Source: Amphiscolops sp. MND2022 (lineage: Eukaryota). Taken from it: a DNA stretch of 64,000 nucleotides. Below, in pieces: positions 49,461-62,662 of the stretch. The stretch's first letter is position 1, and the number at the start of each line of letters is the position of its first letter. The notes under the pieces were generated by a model, which was given only the letters and a program-made list of their open reading frames with translations, did no database searches and was not told the DNA's origin. The stretch is taken from the NCBI GenBank assembly GCA_964187785.1, contig OZ076409.1, positions 5,148,001-5,212,000 on the forward strand, given 5' to 3'. Made by a program: the position numbers and the translations under genes.

Positions 49461-52034
49461 GAGAAAACTTTTCTGAGAAAACTCAACAAAACTCAACACA
49501 GAAAACCCAACACAAGAAAACTCAACACAGAAAACTCAGCACATTTTAGGCTACTGGATACACGTATAATATATAATAATCGTGATATATATTATCCATG
49601 TATATGTAAATTAAAGTACAGATGTGCCGTTAAGCGTGTAATGTTAATTACGAATTGTTTAATCCGGAAATTAAACTCAATTGAGGTGTTAACTGAAATT
49701 AATTGAATGTGTTGAAATGTGTAAAGTTTTTGTGTTGAGTTTTCATGTGTTCCCTAGTTCAAAAAAATGCTTATTGTGCAAGATTCATACATTTTTATCT
49801 TTAAAGAAAATGCATTTTTCTTGAAGAAATCTTGCAGGAATCTTTCAAGATAAACATTTTTTCAATGATAATCTTGCAAGATAAACATTTTCTCAAAGAA
49901 TCTTGAAAGAATTGAATTTTCAAATCAAAAGTACTCATGGAATTAAGGGATCCGATTCATAAAGACACTCTCCATTACAGCCAGAGTCTCACTTCTTAAA
50001 TTGTGAACGACCCAAAAATGCAAACTCTAGAAAAAATAAAACTCTAGAAGTGTGATTTTAGTAATGCGCCCTAAAAGCCTAATTTTTGCAATATAAAACC
50101 GACATTTGAAACTCAGTTTTGATGTAGTATATGGAAAACAAATGACCCTCTATCATGTACACGATGGAGACTTCGAAATTAGGCCGAACGAACCTAAATT
50201 GTTAATAGGCGTACATTTTTTGGGAAAAAAACGCAAAAACAAGAGAAAAATAATCTTTTTTCGACAATTGGTGAAGCTGTTGACTACGTTATCATAACTC
50301 ATTTGTTGCCTTGCAAGATTTGCATGGTCTTGCAAGATTCTTGCAAGACTGGTATTCTAATTTATCATCTTGCAAGATTTGCATTGTCAGATATTTGCAG
50401 CAAAATGTTTTTCTTTCAAGAATCTTGTAAGATATCTTGTAAGATTTGTATACAACTGAAAAATCTTGCAAGATTTGAATTTAGGTCCCCAATCTTGCAA
50501 GATAGCCATCGAAAGCAAGAAATTGGCAAGAATCTTTAAAGATTTGCATTTAACTTCACCCAGGGTTGAGTTTTCCGACCCCCTTTCATGAAGTCGACGA
50601 CTCTCGTCAAAACATGTCACTTGTGAATCAGTGGCACGTCGCTCCGCTTCATTTCTCTGTTGAAATAATTTCACCTCTTTCTATCTTGTATACTTTTTGA
50701 AACGTTTAGATGCTAAAAACTCATCTCTACCTAAGTAACTATTAAAAACTTTCAGAAATTGTGGTTCCCGCGGTTTTGAAAAACATGCAGTTTTTCATTC
50801 TTTTTATCATCGAAGCGAAGTTTTAAATATATTAAAGTCTTTCATTTCCAAATGTGAAATTTGAGGGTCGCAAGTGGCTTGATTTAGCTTCGGAGATATA
50901 ACTTCAGCAACGGAAAATATTTTTCAAAAAAATTTTGGTGAAGCATTTTGTGATAAAGCTGCGATAACTGAACATAAGTGTTTGAGACACCAGCTGCGCT
51001 TGGCGCTCGAAAGTGTGAGATTTGTGGAAAACATTGAATTCGCTGCTGAACGTAACTTGATTTTAGTGATAGGAAAAAAGTTCCCGAAGACTTTTACAGA
51101 GTTTGTGTATTTGATACCAAATAGGGTTATCACAAGTTAAGGAGCCGGAAACGCCCCAGAGTCGACTTCGTGCTTAAATTCAAAAACTCAAAATCCTTCG
51201 GTTTCGTTACGGGCCCGTTTTAAGGGAATCACCAAACAGTTGACCAGTGCTGAGTGAACAAATCAGCTTTAAGGCTCGAAAAACAAACAAAATCTTTGTG
51301 GTATAGACAGGAGTGTTCAATTAATTATTGCAAAGAACAATTATTGCAATTAATCAATTACAACAATTTTCCAGCAATTGTTCACTGCGCGTAATCCTGT
51401 GGGGAAATTATTAATTGTAATATTTTCCCTAGATTCCATCTACCTCGAGTGTGACAGAGCGACTTTTCAGTCGAGAGAAATTTATGATGACTGATCATAG
51501 AAAAAAAAATTCGCCAAGCACTTTTGAGTCTCAAATGTTTTTGATGACAAATAAAGTTTTTTGGACTCATTTTGATGTACATTCAAGTTTCTTCATCCAT
51601 TTGTTTTCGAGCACAATAGTTTCAATTATTGATTTTTCAGAAGTGAAAACTAAACTATTGATTTTTGTAGGCTTAGATTCAAATATATTGATTATTTTGA
51701 GTCAATATATATAATATAACAATGAACATCCCTGGGTATAGATGTAAAACAGACAAACACCTATGGAATTCTGAACTCTCACCGCCCTTGAGACCGAACG
51801 CTTTCCCATTAGACAACTAATTACTTTTGGAGATGACCGGCTTAAAGAGACTATTAGTTTGATTAAACGTAGAATTGTGACAAGTTGAATTATAGTGCGA
51901 AACAAAGTGAATTGACAATGTACCTCAGCTTACTTCATTCTTAGAGTCTTGTAAATCGGTAACATACAACAGTCTTGCAACATGTTCAGAGACAATCATT
52001 GAGAAAACTCATATCATTCTCACAGTGTCAAAAC

Positions 52035-52440
52035 GGCTTTTCTGTTTTCCCCCACCACCATTTTTTTTGGAAAATTAGTGAAAATTTTATAACAAAAAGA
52101 CTTGAAAACAAACCAGAAAGCTTCAAATATAGATTTGTTCTTAGTGTCACAGTTTAGGATTCAAAAACAAACTTTGTTCACACTTTTTCAATATATAGTC
52201 ACGCATTTTTGATTAAAAAATCCAGAGCTTCCTCTTTTGAGTCATCAATAAACACTCAATACGAATATAATCATAGTCAAAATGTGTGAACAATGTTTTG
52301 TTCAAACAAAAAACTATTCCAATAGACGTTAACTTCCCGTTATGAAAGAAGGGTTTACTTTTAATTAGGATAGTATATTATTTTTAAAGAAATTTACTTC
52401 CAAAAATTTTGGTGGTTTGGGGGGAAAACAGAAAAGAGCC
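52035..52440. mobile_element. Merlin-like MITE
   Basis: gtcaaaac|ggcttttctgttttccccc...ggggaaaacagaaaagagcc|gtcaaaac: perfect 8-bp TSD. Confidence 0.85.
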
Positions 52441-52605
52441 GTCAAAACATACGTGAAGGGGCCATCCTTGTGACTTTTGAAACTATTTTCTCTCTGACTG
52501 GAATTTTTTTTCACGAGATGCTGAAATCCAAAAATGGATTTTTTAGGCTCGAAAAACTGTTTTGTAACTGAAAACAAAAAAACTTTCAAGAAAGGACATT
52601 CTCGC

Positions 52606-53064
52606 TAGGCCTGTGCAATTAACCGACCGATGTTATCAATAACCGAAACAGACTGACTTATCATATAACCGACTTCGGTTAATTCGCTCAACCAATTAGA
52701 TTGAAGCTGGAAAGAAAACTGATTTACTGGAAAGAAAAAAGACAAATATTTCCTGTTTCAAGTGTAAAAGCCCAGTTTTTACTTGGAATACCAGCTACAG
52801 CAGTTCCTAGTGAACATTGGTCCGATTTAGGCAACATTATCACTACACGAAGAGAATCGCTAAACCCCAAATTTTTTCGCGAACTTCTTTTTGGAGAAGT
52901 TGCTATAAGAAAAATGTTCAAAAATGAAGTTGAAATTGACTATTTTGTTCACATTAAAAAAATAATAATAACCGACCGATAACCGGTAACCGGTAACCGA
53001 CCGACTTTTTAAATAACCGACCGACAACCAACCGAACTAAAAAAATGATAATTGCACAGCCCTA
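52606..53064 (+). mobile_element. Non-autonomous hAT deletion derivative (459 bp)
   Basis: attctcgc|taggcctgtgcaatta...taattgcacagcccta|attctcgc (16-bp TIR, perfect 8-bp TSD); subterminal AACCG repeats; hATC remnant YWKEKRQIFP...LLGIPATAVPSE...NIITTRRESL. Confidence 0.92.
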
Positions 53065-53427
53065 ATTCTCGCACAGTGGAGAAAATACCCAAGGCCCCCC
53101 CTTTGGAATTGCGAACGCGAAAAAAAATCTGTACTGCGAAGAATTCAAACCCACAGACTTCTGCTTGCAAAGAAACGCCCTAACCACGAGACCAAGTGGC
53201 AAGTTGATGGTCCAATAAGAAGAAAAATAATTTCTTACTGTAAAGTAGCCTACGAAACAGCCACTACAATAGTCTGCGTTTTCTTTGTGTTTAAAGTTGC
53301 TTTGGTTCCACGTAGTCCCAAGAAAAATCAAAACCTTCAGAGGGGGTCATATTATTTACCTTTTTTTTGAAAAATGTCACGATGGCCAAAACTTAATGGG
53401 GAAATGGGAAAAAGTACTCATGTAACC

Positions 53428-53625
53428 TGTAGAGGACAGACAAACTCTAACACAAACTAATTAGTCTGCCTTATTGTTATATTGATGCTATTTATAGTTT
53501 TGTACCTGCCTGCCACTTAAGAGCAGATGAAGTCTATCACTTGATGATAATGAAAAAAGAGATAGCTAGAGAACAGTTGAATTTTATACAACGATTCTTT
53601 TACAAGTTTCAAACAGAATACAACA
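53428..53625 (+). repeat. 5' LTR of the Gypsy element
   Basis: tgtagaggac...aatacaaca followed by the PBS. Confidence 0.96.
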
Positions 53626-53640
53626 TGGCGCAGTCAGCGT
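53626..53640 (+). promoter_or_regulatory. Primer binding site (possibly tRNA-Ser)
   Basis: TGGCGCAGTC directly abuts the LTR; the tRNA identity is inferred from memory of animal tRNA-Ser 3' ends. Confidence 0.7.
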
Positions 53641-53681
53641 AACCGTAGAGTTACCAAAGAACAAGCACATCAACCCCAAAG

Positions 53682-56600
53682 ATGGACGACAACACAAACA
53701 CTACTCCACGGAACGGAGCCACCAACAGGACGTCGGCGGGAAATCAATCGAGTGACCAACCGCTACCAAATGACACACTCAATAGAACCAAAGAACGGAC
53801 GTGTACACAGAAATTAACCATCCCAACATTGGAAAAACAAGATCACACCAATGCCAACATGTGGTGGCGAAAGTTCGTACAGTATACAAAAATGACCAAG
53901 GACTTGGATTTATCAAAGATGACAAACAACAAAGAGATACTGCCACAATACCGTGACCAATTGGAAACGGAAATAAAGGACATATTCCTATGGGCAATTG
54001 GACAAAACGCAATCACGGAAATGACCCAGACGGTTAGAGAAAGAGAACCAAGCTCACTCCCGTTACACAAGTTTTATACATTATTCCGGTTACACTTCAC
54101 ACCGGAAAGAAATGTTCAACACAGCAGAGCCGACTTCTTCGACCTCAAACGGGAAGACGGAGAGTCCGCGGCGGATGTATGGAAACGAATACTAGAAGTC
54201 GAGAAAAATTGCGAATTTGAAACAATAACTGCGGCAGAACTTCTAGCATCAAAATTCCTATCCGTCATCGGAAAATCAACAGGCGACTATGACCTCAAAA
54301 AGAAAATTAGAAAAAGTGACATGTCAATAGAGGCAATCACCGAGGCATTACATGAATACATGTACGAGAAATTGAACGACTTACCTGAAACAGAGGAAGA
54401 GAAGAAAATCAGATACCTAAATAAAAGAAAAACAAGGAATACAAAAGACTTGTCGGAAAAACCGACAAAATTCAAAAAAGTAGACTGCAACAGATGCGGA
54501 GCACCCAATTGGTCCAGACAACATGAATGCCCGGCCAAAGGAAAGAAGTGCATGAAATGTGAAAAAATCGGACACTACGCAAAATATTGTAGAACAAACA
54601 AAAGAGTAAACCACGTACAGGACGATGAGGCAAGCAGCGCGGAAGAAGACGACTGGTCTCCAAACACAATCCATTCAGTAAATCAAATGGTACATTCAAC
54701 ACGCCAAACAAAGAAGAACGGTCCAGAATTCTTCACCCTCACCGCATTGGTTAACAATCGGCCAATCAAATTCATAATAGATAGTGGCTCACCGGTAACC
54801 TTAATACCGAAGTCACAGTTCAACAGCACAACACCATTGAGACCGATTGGAACCGAATACAGAGATGTGAATGACAACCGAATAAAATTCGAGGGAAAAA
54901 CAATTGCACTAGTCGAAATAAACGGGAAACGGAACAACTTAGAAGTCCTAATAACAACAAAGAAAACTAACCCCTTATTAGGCTTGGATTGGATGGAGAA
55001 ACTGGGAATAACACTCGATACCAATAAAATTGATCCTCAGGTAAACCATGTAATCGAGGACTCGGACGTAACCGTCCTGAAGAAAAGATTTTAAAAACTT
55101 TTCAACGAAAACCACACCGTGAATGGAATTGAGGTAAAAATACAACTGAAAGAAGACGCAAGACTGATACAGCAAAAAGGGAGACCAATACCGATCCACT
55201 TACAACAATCGGTCGGGAAAGAAATAAATAAACTCATAAAACAAGGCCACGTCGAAAAAGCGAACAACATAGACGAAAATTGCTTTGTCAGCCCGGCCAT
55301 AATCACGGTAAAGAAAGATAAAAATTGCACTGGACTCACGGAAACTCAACGAAATTACCATCAAAAGAAAGGCACAAATGCCCAACATGGAGGAATTAAT
55401 TTCCAGAATTTCAAGAAAAATTGCAGATGGCCCAGCAGACGAAATCTGGACATCAAAACTCGATCTGGATTATGCATATGGCCAGCTAATCCTATCCAAA
55501 GAAGCACAAAACCTATGCATTTTCGCCGTAACCGGCGGGGACTTTACCGGATACTACCGGTTCCTAAAGGGATTCTACGGGTTGGCGGACATACCGACCA
55601 TCTTTCAAGAGAAAATCGACCAAACACTGGAAAACAAACACCCAGCATGGCTAGACGACATCATCATCGTACCAAAAGGATCAAAAGAACAACATAAAAA
55701 AGAACTAATAGAAGTTCTAACCCGGCTGGAAAATGCCGGTTACAGACTCAGCGGAAACAAATCCGAATTTTTCAAATCCGAGATAGAATGGATCGGTCAT
55801 AAAATAGACCAAAACGGTATTAGACCGTTACAAGACAAACTGATGGCGATAAAAAATCTGAAACAACCCAATAACGAAAAAGAATTAAAATCATTTCTGG
55901 GAGCCATCCAATATCTATCCAAGTACATAGACAATCTCTCCGCCCAAACAGACAGTTTGAGACAGTTATTGAAGAAAGACAACGAATGGATATGGACGGA
56001 AGAACATACGGCGGCATTCGAAAATCTCAAGCAAAAATCACGGAAATACCGTGTCTGGCTCATTACAATTCGGATTATCCAAACATAATAACAACCGACG
56101 CCAGTACAAAAGGCCTCGGCACAACACTCTGGCAAGAACAACCAGACGGAAGTTTAAAACCGATAGGTTTCGCAAGTCGATTCCTCTCAGACACCGAAAA
56201 GAAATACGCAATCAATGAACTCGAACTATTAGCCGTAGTCTGGGGATTAGAACACTTCCGATTATACGTTTACGGTAAGCCGAATAAATTACTCACGGAC
56301 CACCAAGCACTCGAACCATTGATTAAACGAAACCGATCCAATAAAACGTACAGCGCGCGACTGACAAGGTGGCTGGACCGGTTGGCACATTTCACCATTA
56401 ATGTAAGCCGTATCGCAGGCAAACATTTAGCACTTACGGATTACTTGAGCAGAAATCCGTCAGCGCCGCCGCAAACAGACAAAGCGTACGACGAAGAATA
56501 CGTCATCAATAACGTCATCCCGCACTACAGATTTATCTCCAAGCACGGTTGCCTTAGCAACCACGTTAACCAATCAGAAAGCGAGACGGTCGGAAACGGA

Positions 56601-59325
56601 CGCAAAGCAAATAACAAACCGCGGTCACAGGACGCGCGCAAACAAATCGCCATTGATTGCCTTAACAGCTCAGCATTAACACGCAACGCCTTAGAAAGTT
56701 TCAAAATGGATATCAAAACAATTGATAATTTGGCAGCAGTAGACTCCTCAGCAGAAACCACTGAATTAATCCAACGGTGGAAAGAAATAGTAAAACCCGG
56801 CATCTATCGTATGACCGGAGGAAAATGGAAAAAGTACCATGAGCCCAAATTCCTACGGAACGAAAGACGGGTAATAGAAGAGAGACTCCAACAAATCATA
56901 CAAGGCAGAGAACAGGGCGACTTGAGACAACGAATTGGCCCACAACACAGCGGTGGATTCCAGCCACAAACAAGAAGATCCGAACAGTGGACCGTAGATC
57001 CATTCTGGGAAATGGATAGACCAACGCCGGCCCAATGCGAAGATCTACCCGAACCACCGACAGCCACACCGGGACATGAACTGTTCGCTCCCATGCCAAT
57101 GGAAGAGGGCGAAATCGAGTCGGAGACGGACCAAGATCCGTCAATCCTAGAAGTACCCGCAATAAACTGGGCACGCTACGTTGGAGTTAAAAGCGTGCAA
57201 TATGTCAAAATGGGGCACGCTCCAAAAGTCTTGGCACAAGAAACAAACAATTGGGACCTGGAACAGGCGGTGAGAGAAACCGAAAGGAATTTTTCCACAG
57301 ACCTGCAACTGCTAATGAGCGAGACAACCAACGATCCGGTCCTGCTAAAAACACTGGTTTGCCTCGAACGCCAGCAACACGACCAAATCCCAGACGAATA
57401 CCTACCCCACAAAAAGAAATTATCAAGCCGGTTCGGTCTAGTATTCATTGAAGACAAAATAATTGTCCCAAAGAATCTCCGAACAACGATCATTAGCCTA
57501 CTACACAAAGGCCACCCCGCCATCAATAAGATGACATCTGCCGCAAGACATTTCTGGTGGCCGAAGATGACCGAGGCAATTCAAAAGAAATGCGAGTCAT
57601 GCATCCCCTGCAAAATGTTCGGTAAGAGTATTAAATCTGATATACCAAGTACGGAAAAGAACCACCTCCCCCGGTTAGAAAATCCAAACGAAGAAATTCA
57701 ATTGGATTTTATCGGACCAATCACAGTAGACAACCGTCGATTTCACATTTTACTATCTATGGACCGGTTCAGTAAGTGGCCAGCGGCAAGCTTCTGCACG
57801 TCTACCGATGGCGAAACGGTGATAAAAATTTTTGAACAGTACATTCAATTAAACGGAATCCCTAAAACGATAAGGACCGATAAGGCTACCGCCTTTACGG
57901 GACGCTCATTTAGAAACTTCTGTAAAGAACACTATATCAAACTAATATACGGGACACCGTATATCCATACCCCCACCGGTTTAGTGGAACGGGGGGTCAG
58001 AACACTGAAGGAAAATCTGCTTACGAACATTAAAGCCGGGGAACGCTTCAGCAAAGCACTGGACCTATCATTAGACGTAATGAGAAAAACACCACACTCG
58101 CGTTTAAAAAAAATCCGCCTTTGAATTACACTATGGACGGAAACCTAACACGGAAATAAGTAACCTACTGAAACTTGATAACCTAGAAAAATTAACAAAA
58201 AATTCCGTTTCAGCAAAACCAGATACCTTGCAGGTATACTCGTTCAATGGGGCCGGCGGTGTGTCCGACCAGCTACCAATGAAGACGAAAAAATACGCAA
58301 AAGGAGTTAGTAACTATCCATTCTTCTTTTTAGAAAAAAAACACCAACGTAATAAATTCGAAAGTGCATACTCCGATAAACCGCAATTAGCAGTATCGGG
58401 CACTAAACATACCATAACCACACCAAATGGAAGAATCCTACATAGGAAAATGATTAGTAAACCCATTTCTAACTTTAACCAGGAACAAAACAACAGAGGG
58501 ATCGGGCCACGTGGACCAGACGGCCGATTTATCACATCACCGTCCAAACACAGACGAACGACGGTAATCGAATCGGACAGCGAGTCAGGGACGCCATTAA
58601 TGGATACAACAAGTCCAAAGACCCCGGAACCACAAACCAATACAACAATCAAAACGGGCACAATCGGGAGAGGCAGACCAAAGTTGGTTCGAGACCGTAC
58701 AACCCCAAACTCTCCACAAGCAACAACTACAACGGGCCCACTAACCATAGTCACAGCAAATATGACGGACACGGAAATAGACCGTGCCATAACCGACACC
58801 AAAAACGCGGATCAAGAACTTTTTCTCAGAGATGAAAACGGTACGGTACTTATTAATAACTCCAGCCAGAACACTTTAGAAGATAACTTTGAAAATTCTG
58901 ATCTAGACTTGGCGAGCAATTTGAGCTCAAGCACTGAAATTGACAAGGAAGAAAAGGAACCCATTCGCAGATCAAAGAGACTGACAAAAACCAACCCAAT
59001 CATTAGATATAATAATCCCATTTGTCATTATTACAGGAAACACCGTAAACAGACTGAATTCGGCAACACCGGATCAACCAACAGCACAACCGGAGGGGAA
59101 AGAAGACGATCTCTAGACCGGTCAGACACACACATCCAGACGTTACGGCCAATCGCGAACCGGAACAAACAAAGTTGCCAGGAACGGTCAACCGTCCACC
59201 AGAAACTGGACCAGTGGAGGAATACACGCCACAACAAACATTCCAGCAACCCCATTGGCCGATCATCAGCCAATAGTAAGGGGGGGAATGTAGAGGACAG
59301 ACAAACTCTAACACAAACTAATTAG
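53682..59325 (+). pseudogene. Gypsy gag-pol polyprotein with 4 lesions (in-frame TAA at 55092-55094; frameshifts near 55322, 56035 and 58110)
   Basis: Zinc knuckles CNRCG...HEC and CMKCEKIGHYAKYC; protease IIDSGS; RT KLDLDYAYGQ and WLDD; RNase H TTDAS, NELELLAVVW, TDHQAL, DYLSR; integrase HKGH...CESC, LDFIGP, RTDKATAF, GLVERGVRT. Confidence 0.93.
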
Positions 59326-59486
59326 TTTGCCTTATTGTTATATTGATGCTATTTATAGTTTTGTACCTGCCTGCCACTTAAGAGCAGATGAAGTCTATCA
59401 CTTGATGATAATGAAAAAAGAGATAGCTAGAGAACAGTTGAATTTTATACAACGATTCTTTTACAAGTTTCAAACAGAATACAACA
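59289..59486 (+). repeat. 3' LTR of the Gypsy element
   Basis: Preceded by the PPT and followed by TSD taacc. Confidence 0.96.
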
Positions 59487-59548
59487 TAACCAGTGAAAGC
59501 GAAACTGGCTAATTTGAACAAATCAGTAGGGTGGGCTGAAAAAAAATG

Positions 59549-60439
59549 AACAAAGCGGGTACGTCTCTGGTAGTCGGCGCCAAGGCTAAAAAGCGCAAAT
59601 TTTTAAAATAGGCTCAGGATGTTTTTCATGAAAAAGTTACAAAAAGTTTCAAGACACCCAAAAGATGCCTTTCGTGCTCGGAAACGTTTCACAAGTTCCA
59701 ATGAAGCGTGCTGGGACAAATGGGAGAGCTTGTTTTTGAACCTCCGCCTCTTCCTAAACGCAACTTACTTCGGATATGACGTCAAAAATTCGGATTGTAT
59801 TGAAAAAGTTATTGGTGGATATATATTTGATATATTTTATTTATATAATATTTTTGAATAGCCTCATAGTGCCATATTAGTCTCCTAGTCTCATAGTCTC
59901 ATAATAGGTCAAAAATTCAGATTGTATTATATATATTTTAAAAAAACCTAATATCAGACGAAAAATTAGCGTTTTCAACAATCTCATAGTGCCGAAAAGT
60001 GCAGAAGGGGGACCTTAGAGTTTTTTTTAACATCCATTATGTTGCAAAATGTGAAAAAAAATTGAAAGGAGACCATTTGGAGACATTAAAAAACTTTTGA
60101 AAAAAAAACAAAAAGTGAGAGTTTTGAACAATCTAATAGTGCCGAAAAATCTAAAAGGGATTTTGTAACATCCATTTTTGTTTAAGATCCATGAAATAAA
60201 TCGAAGAGGGACCGTTTGGTGCAAAGAAAAAATTTCCAAAAAGTCTCACACAGTCGCAAAAAAATGGCAAGAATTTTTTAAAATCTTTTTGTATTTCATG
60301 TTAGAAACTTTGGATGCGTTCAAAATCAAGTAATAAGTAATTATCGTGAAAGTGCACACTATTCAAATTGAGACTGACAAAAATCTAGTCATTGTAATGG
60401 TTGGGTTCTTTCCCTTAAAAGAAAAGCGATGAGTAAAAA
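59549..60439 (-). mobile_element. HINE/DINE-like family B copy (diverged or composite)
   Basis: agtcggcgccaaggctaaaaagc near the start; tctcatagtgccgaaaa cores; ctagtcattgtaat...gaaaagcgatgagtaaaaa at the end. Confidence 0.5.
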
Positions 60440-62314
60440 CATCTTTTTCCACCCATTTTCCACTGCTCTGTTCCCCAATACTTTCTCCACTTTTTCACCA
60501 GTTCAAACGGTAAGTTTTCATTTTTTTGCTTCTGAGCTTTGGTGTAGGTAATCACCGTTACTCAAACCGCAAGCTGAAGTTGACGCTAATTAGCAGTTTA
60601 TGAGGGGATTCAAGTTCCTACGCGTTACAGTAGTGATTGAATCCCTTAGGATTTAACTGCAGGTGAAAGAATAGAGCTAATGCATAGAAAAAGCCTAAAA
60701 AACTTCACTTAGTTTAAATAGCGCCAATTTTTGGAATCGTTGTACAATTATTAGGGCGAAATTTTGAGCTTCCGGTTTGGTCACACTTCTTTGAAAAAAA
60801 TCAAAAGGACGTCAAAAATTGAATTTAAATGGTGCAAAATATAAATTTTCTATATTTATTGGAAAGATTTTTTTTCGCGCCTGAAACATCATTAAGGTAA
60901 ACAGAGATGTTAAGCTTTTTCCCAACTGCTACTGTGAAAATCTTTACCTTTTGAAACATTTACACGAAATAGTAGTTCTCAAATTTCAGACATTTAGGCA
61001 ACGACTACATGCGTTTTGTGCCAATTTTGTTGCAAAATGCAATAAATTAAATAAAAAATATAATTGCGACAGCTTGTTATTTATTACGACAGCCAGAATC
61101 AAACGAATATCCGGAAAAAATAGCAGAATTTATGGGCCAATTGGTAATTAGATCTCGCTAGAAGATTGATTAATCCGTCTGACATTATGTAAACACATAA
61201 TAATAAATGTATTTTTATCCATTTTTTGTTTTAGCTTCTCAATCCAGTTCATTTTTAACGCGAGAAAGGTAATTAATAATGTCATGTTGTTTGGAAAGGC
61301 ATCAAATAGCAGAAAAAATCTGTAGCTTTTTTCGGTATATTCAAGGTTATTTATTCAAAAACAGAAAAACTTGTTACGGCAATTTGAATTTTCAGGCGAA
61401 CCGAATTTTAAATAACTTCTAAGTTTTTTTGGTTGTTTGATAGCTGTTTATGAAATGAAAACAACTCAATTCGAGACTAAACTAAGTTCAATTTCGTTTA
61501 GCTTGAAAAGTTTAAATTTTGATGACGAAAAACTATGTTGAATTACGTAACATAGTGGATGTTTTTCTATACATTTACATCATCGTTTCTTCATTGTTTG
61601 CCTACAAAATGCCAATTTTTTTAAGCCGGCAAGGCAATCAAATTATTTTTTTACAATCTATTTTTTGAAAGCAAACATCCAGGATAAAATTCAAACTTTC
61701 AGAAAAAACTTTTTGGAGTTTTTCCCCATGTACCTTTATTAGAGTTTAGGGTTAAATTTTAGTTTTTTTAAATAACATTATATTAAATCTGAAAGACTGT
61801 TTGTTGTTAGTTGGAATCTAAAGCGTAACAATTCTAGGAACAAAAAACGTTCTCAGCCTTTCAAACAAATGATTTTTTGTTCAATTTAAAATTGTTCCTT
61901 TTCATCAGTCTGTTAAATTTTTTAGTCATGAAAGTACAGTGTAGTTGTTCACACCTCGATGACGTAATTCAAGAACATCGGCGTAGAAGGTGTGAAAAAA
62001 AACAAACTAACATTTTTCAATTTTCTAGCTTTCAACTTGAATGTCTTTGGAAAAGAATTATGCTTTGAACCATTTGTGGAGCCGATTTGTTTTTTTTTTT
62101 ATTGAGAAACTATGTCTCAAAAGTGACAATAAATGCAAATTTTGAAAATTTTTTATATCATATTCGAAATGTTTCTCAAAATGTCAAGTTCAGAACGAGC
62201 AAGAAATTAAAAGAAGCATTCGATTTTTTTCCAAAATGTGTCGTTGCAGCGTCGTACGCGTAGTTTTCCAAATCTAACAACAAATTGTCCAGATTTAAAC
62301 ATCTTCTTGCCGAT

Positions 62315-62662
62315 TTTTAGTCGGCGCTTTTATTATTAAAAGAGCCCGACTATTACAGTCACTCGTTTTTTTCTTTATTTAAAGACAGACTCGAAGCGAC
62401 GAACGTTAACGTTCAGTATGTTCAACTAAAGGAAACTAAACGAATACCCGGGAAACGCATCTAAGTTATTCCAAAGGGTCCCCCTTGGTTTTTTACTTTT
62501 TAAACGTAGCCTACAAAACCGGATGAGTGTAAAGGGTCCCCCCTTTCGATTGTTTCGGCACTGTGTGACTTTTTCTTGAATTTTTTTGTCTCCAAAGGGT
62601 CCCCCCTTCGATTTTATTTGAGCCTTAGATATAGCGCCGACTTGAGGCGTTCCCTTCTTGTT
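62315..62662 (+). mobile_element. HINE/DINE-like family B copy, complete
   Basis: ttttagtcggcgctttt...aaaagagcccgact (5' stem) ... gagccttagatatagcgccgactt...cgttcccttcttgtt; reverse complement of the ends of 47882-48243. Confidence 0.75.

Larger units (their letters stand above)
53428..59486 (+). mobile_element. Full-length Ty3/Gypsy LTR retrotransposon (Mag-like)
   Basis: 198-bp LTRs at 53428-53625 and 59289-59486 (TG...CA, 1 mismatch seen); 5-bp TSD TAACC; PBS tggcgcagtc; PPT aagggggggaa; domain order gag-PR-RT-RH-IN. Confidence 0.97.

Noticed and set aside
53779..59314. Many minus-strand ORFs over the Gypsy element
   Set aside because: Antisense shadows of the gag-pol frame with no independent motifs.
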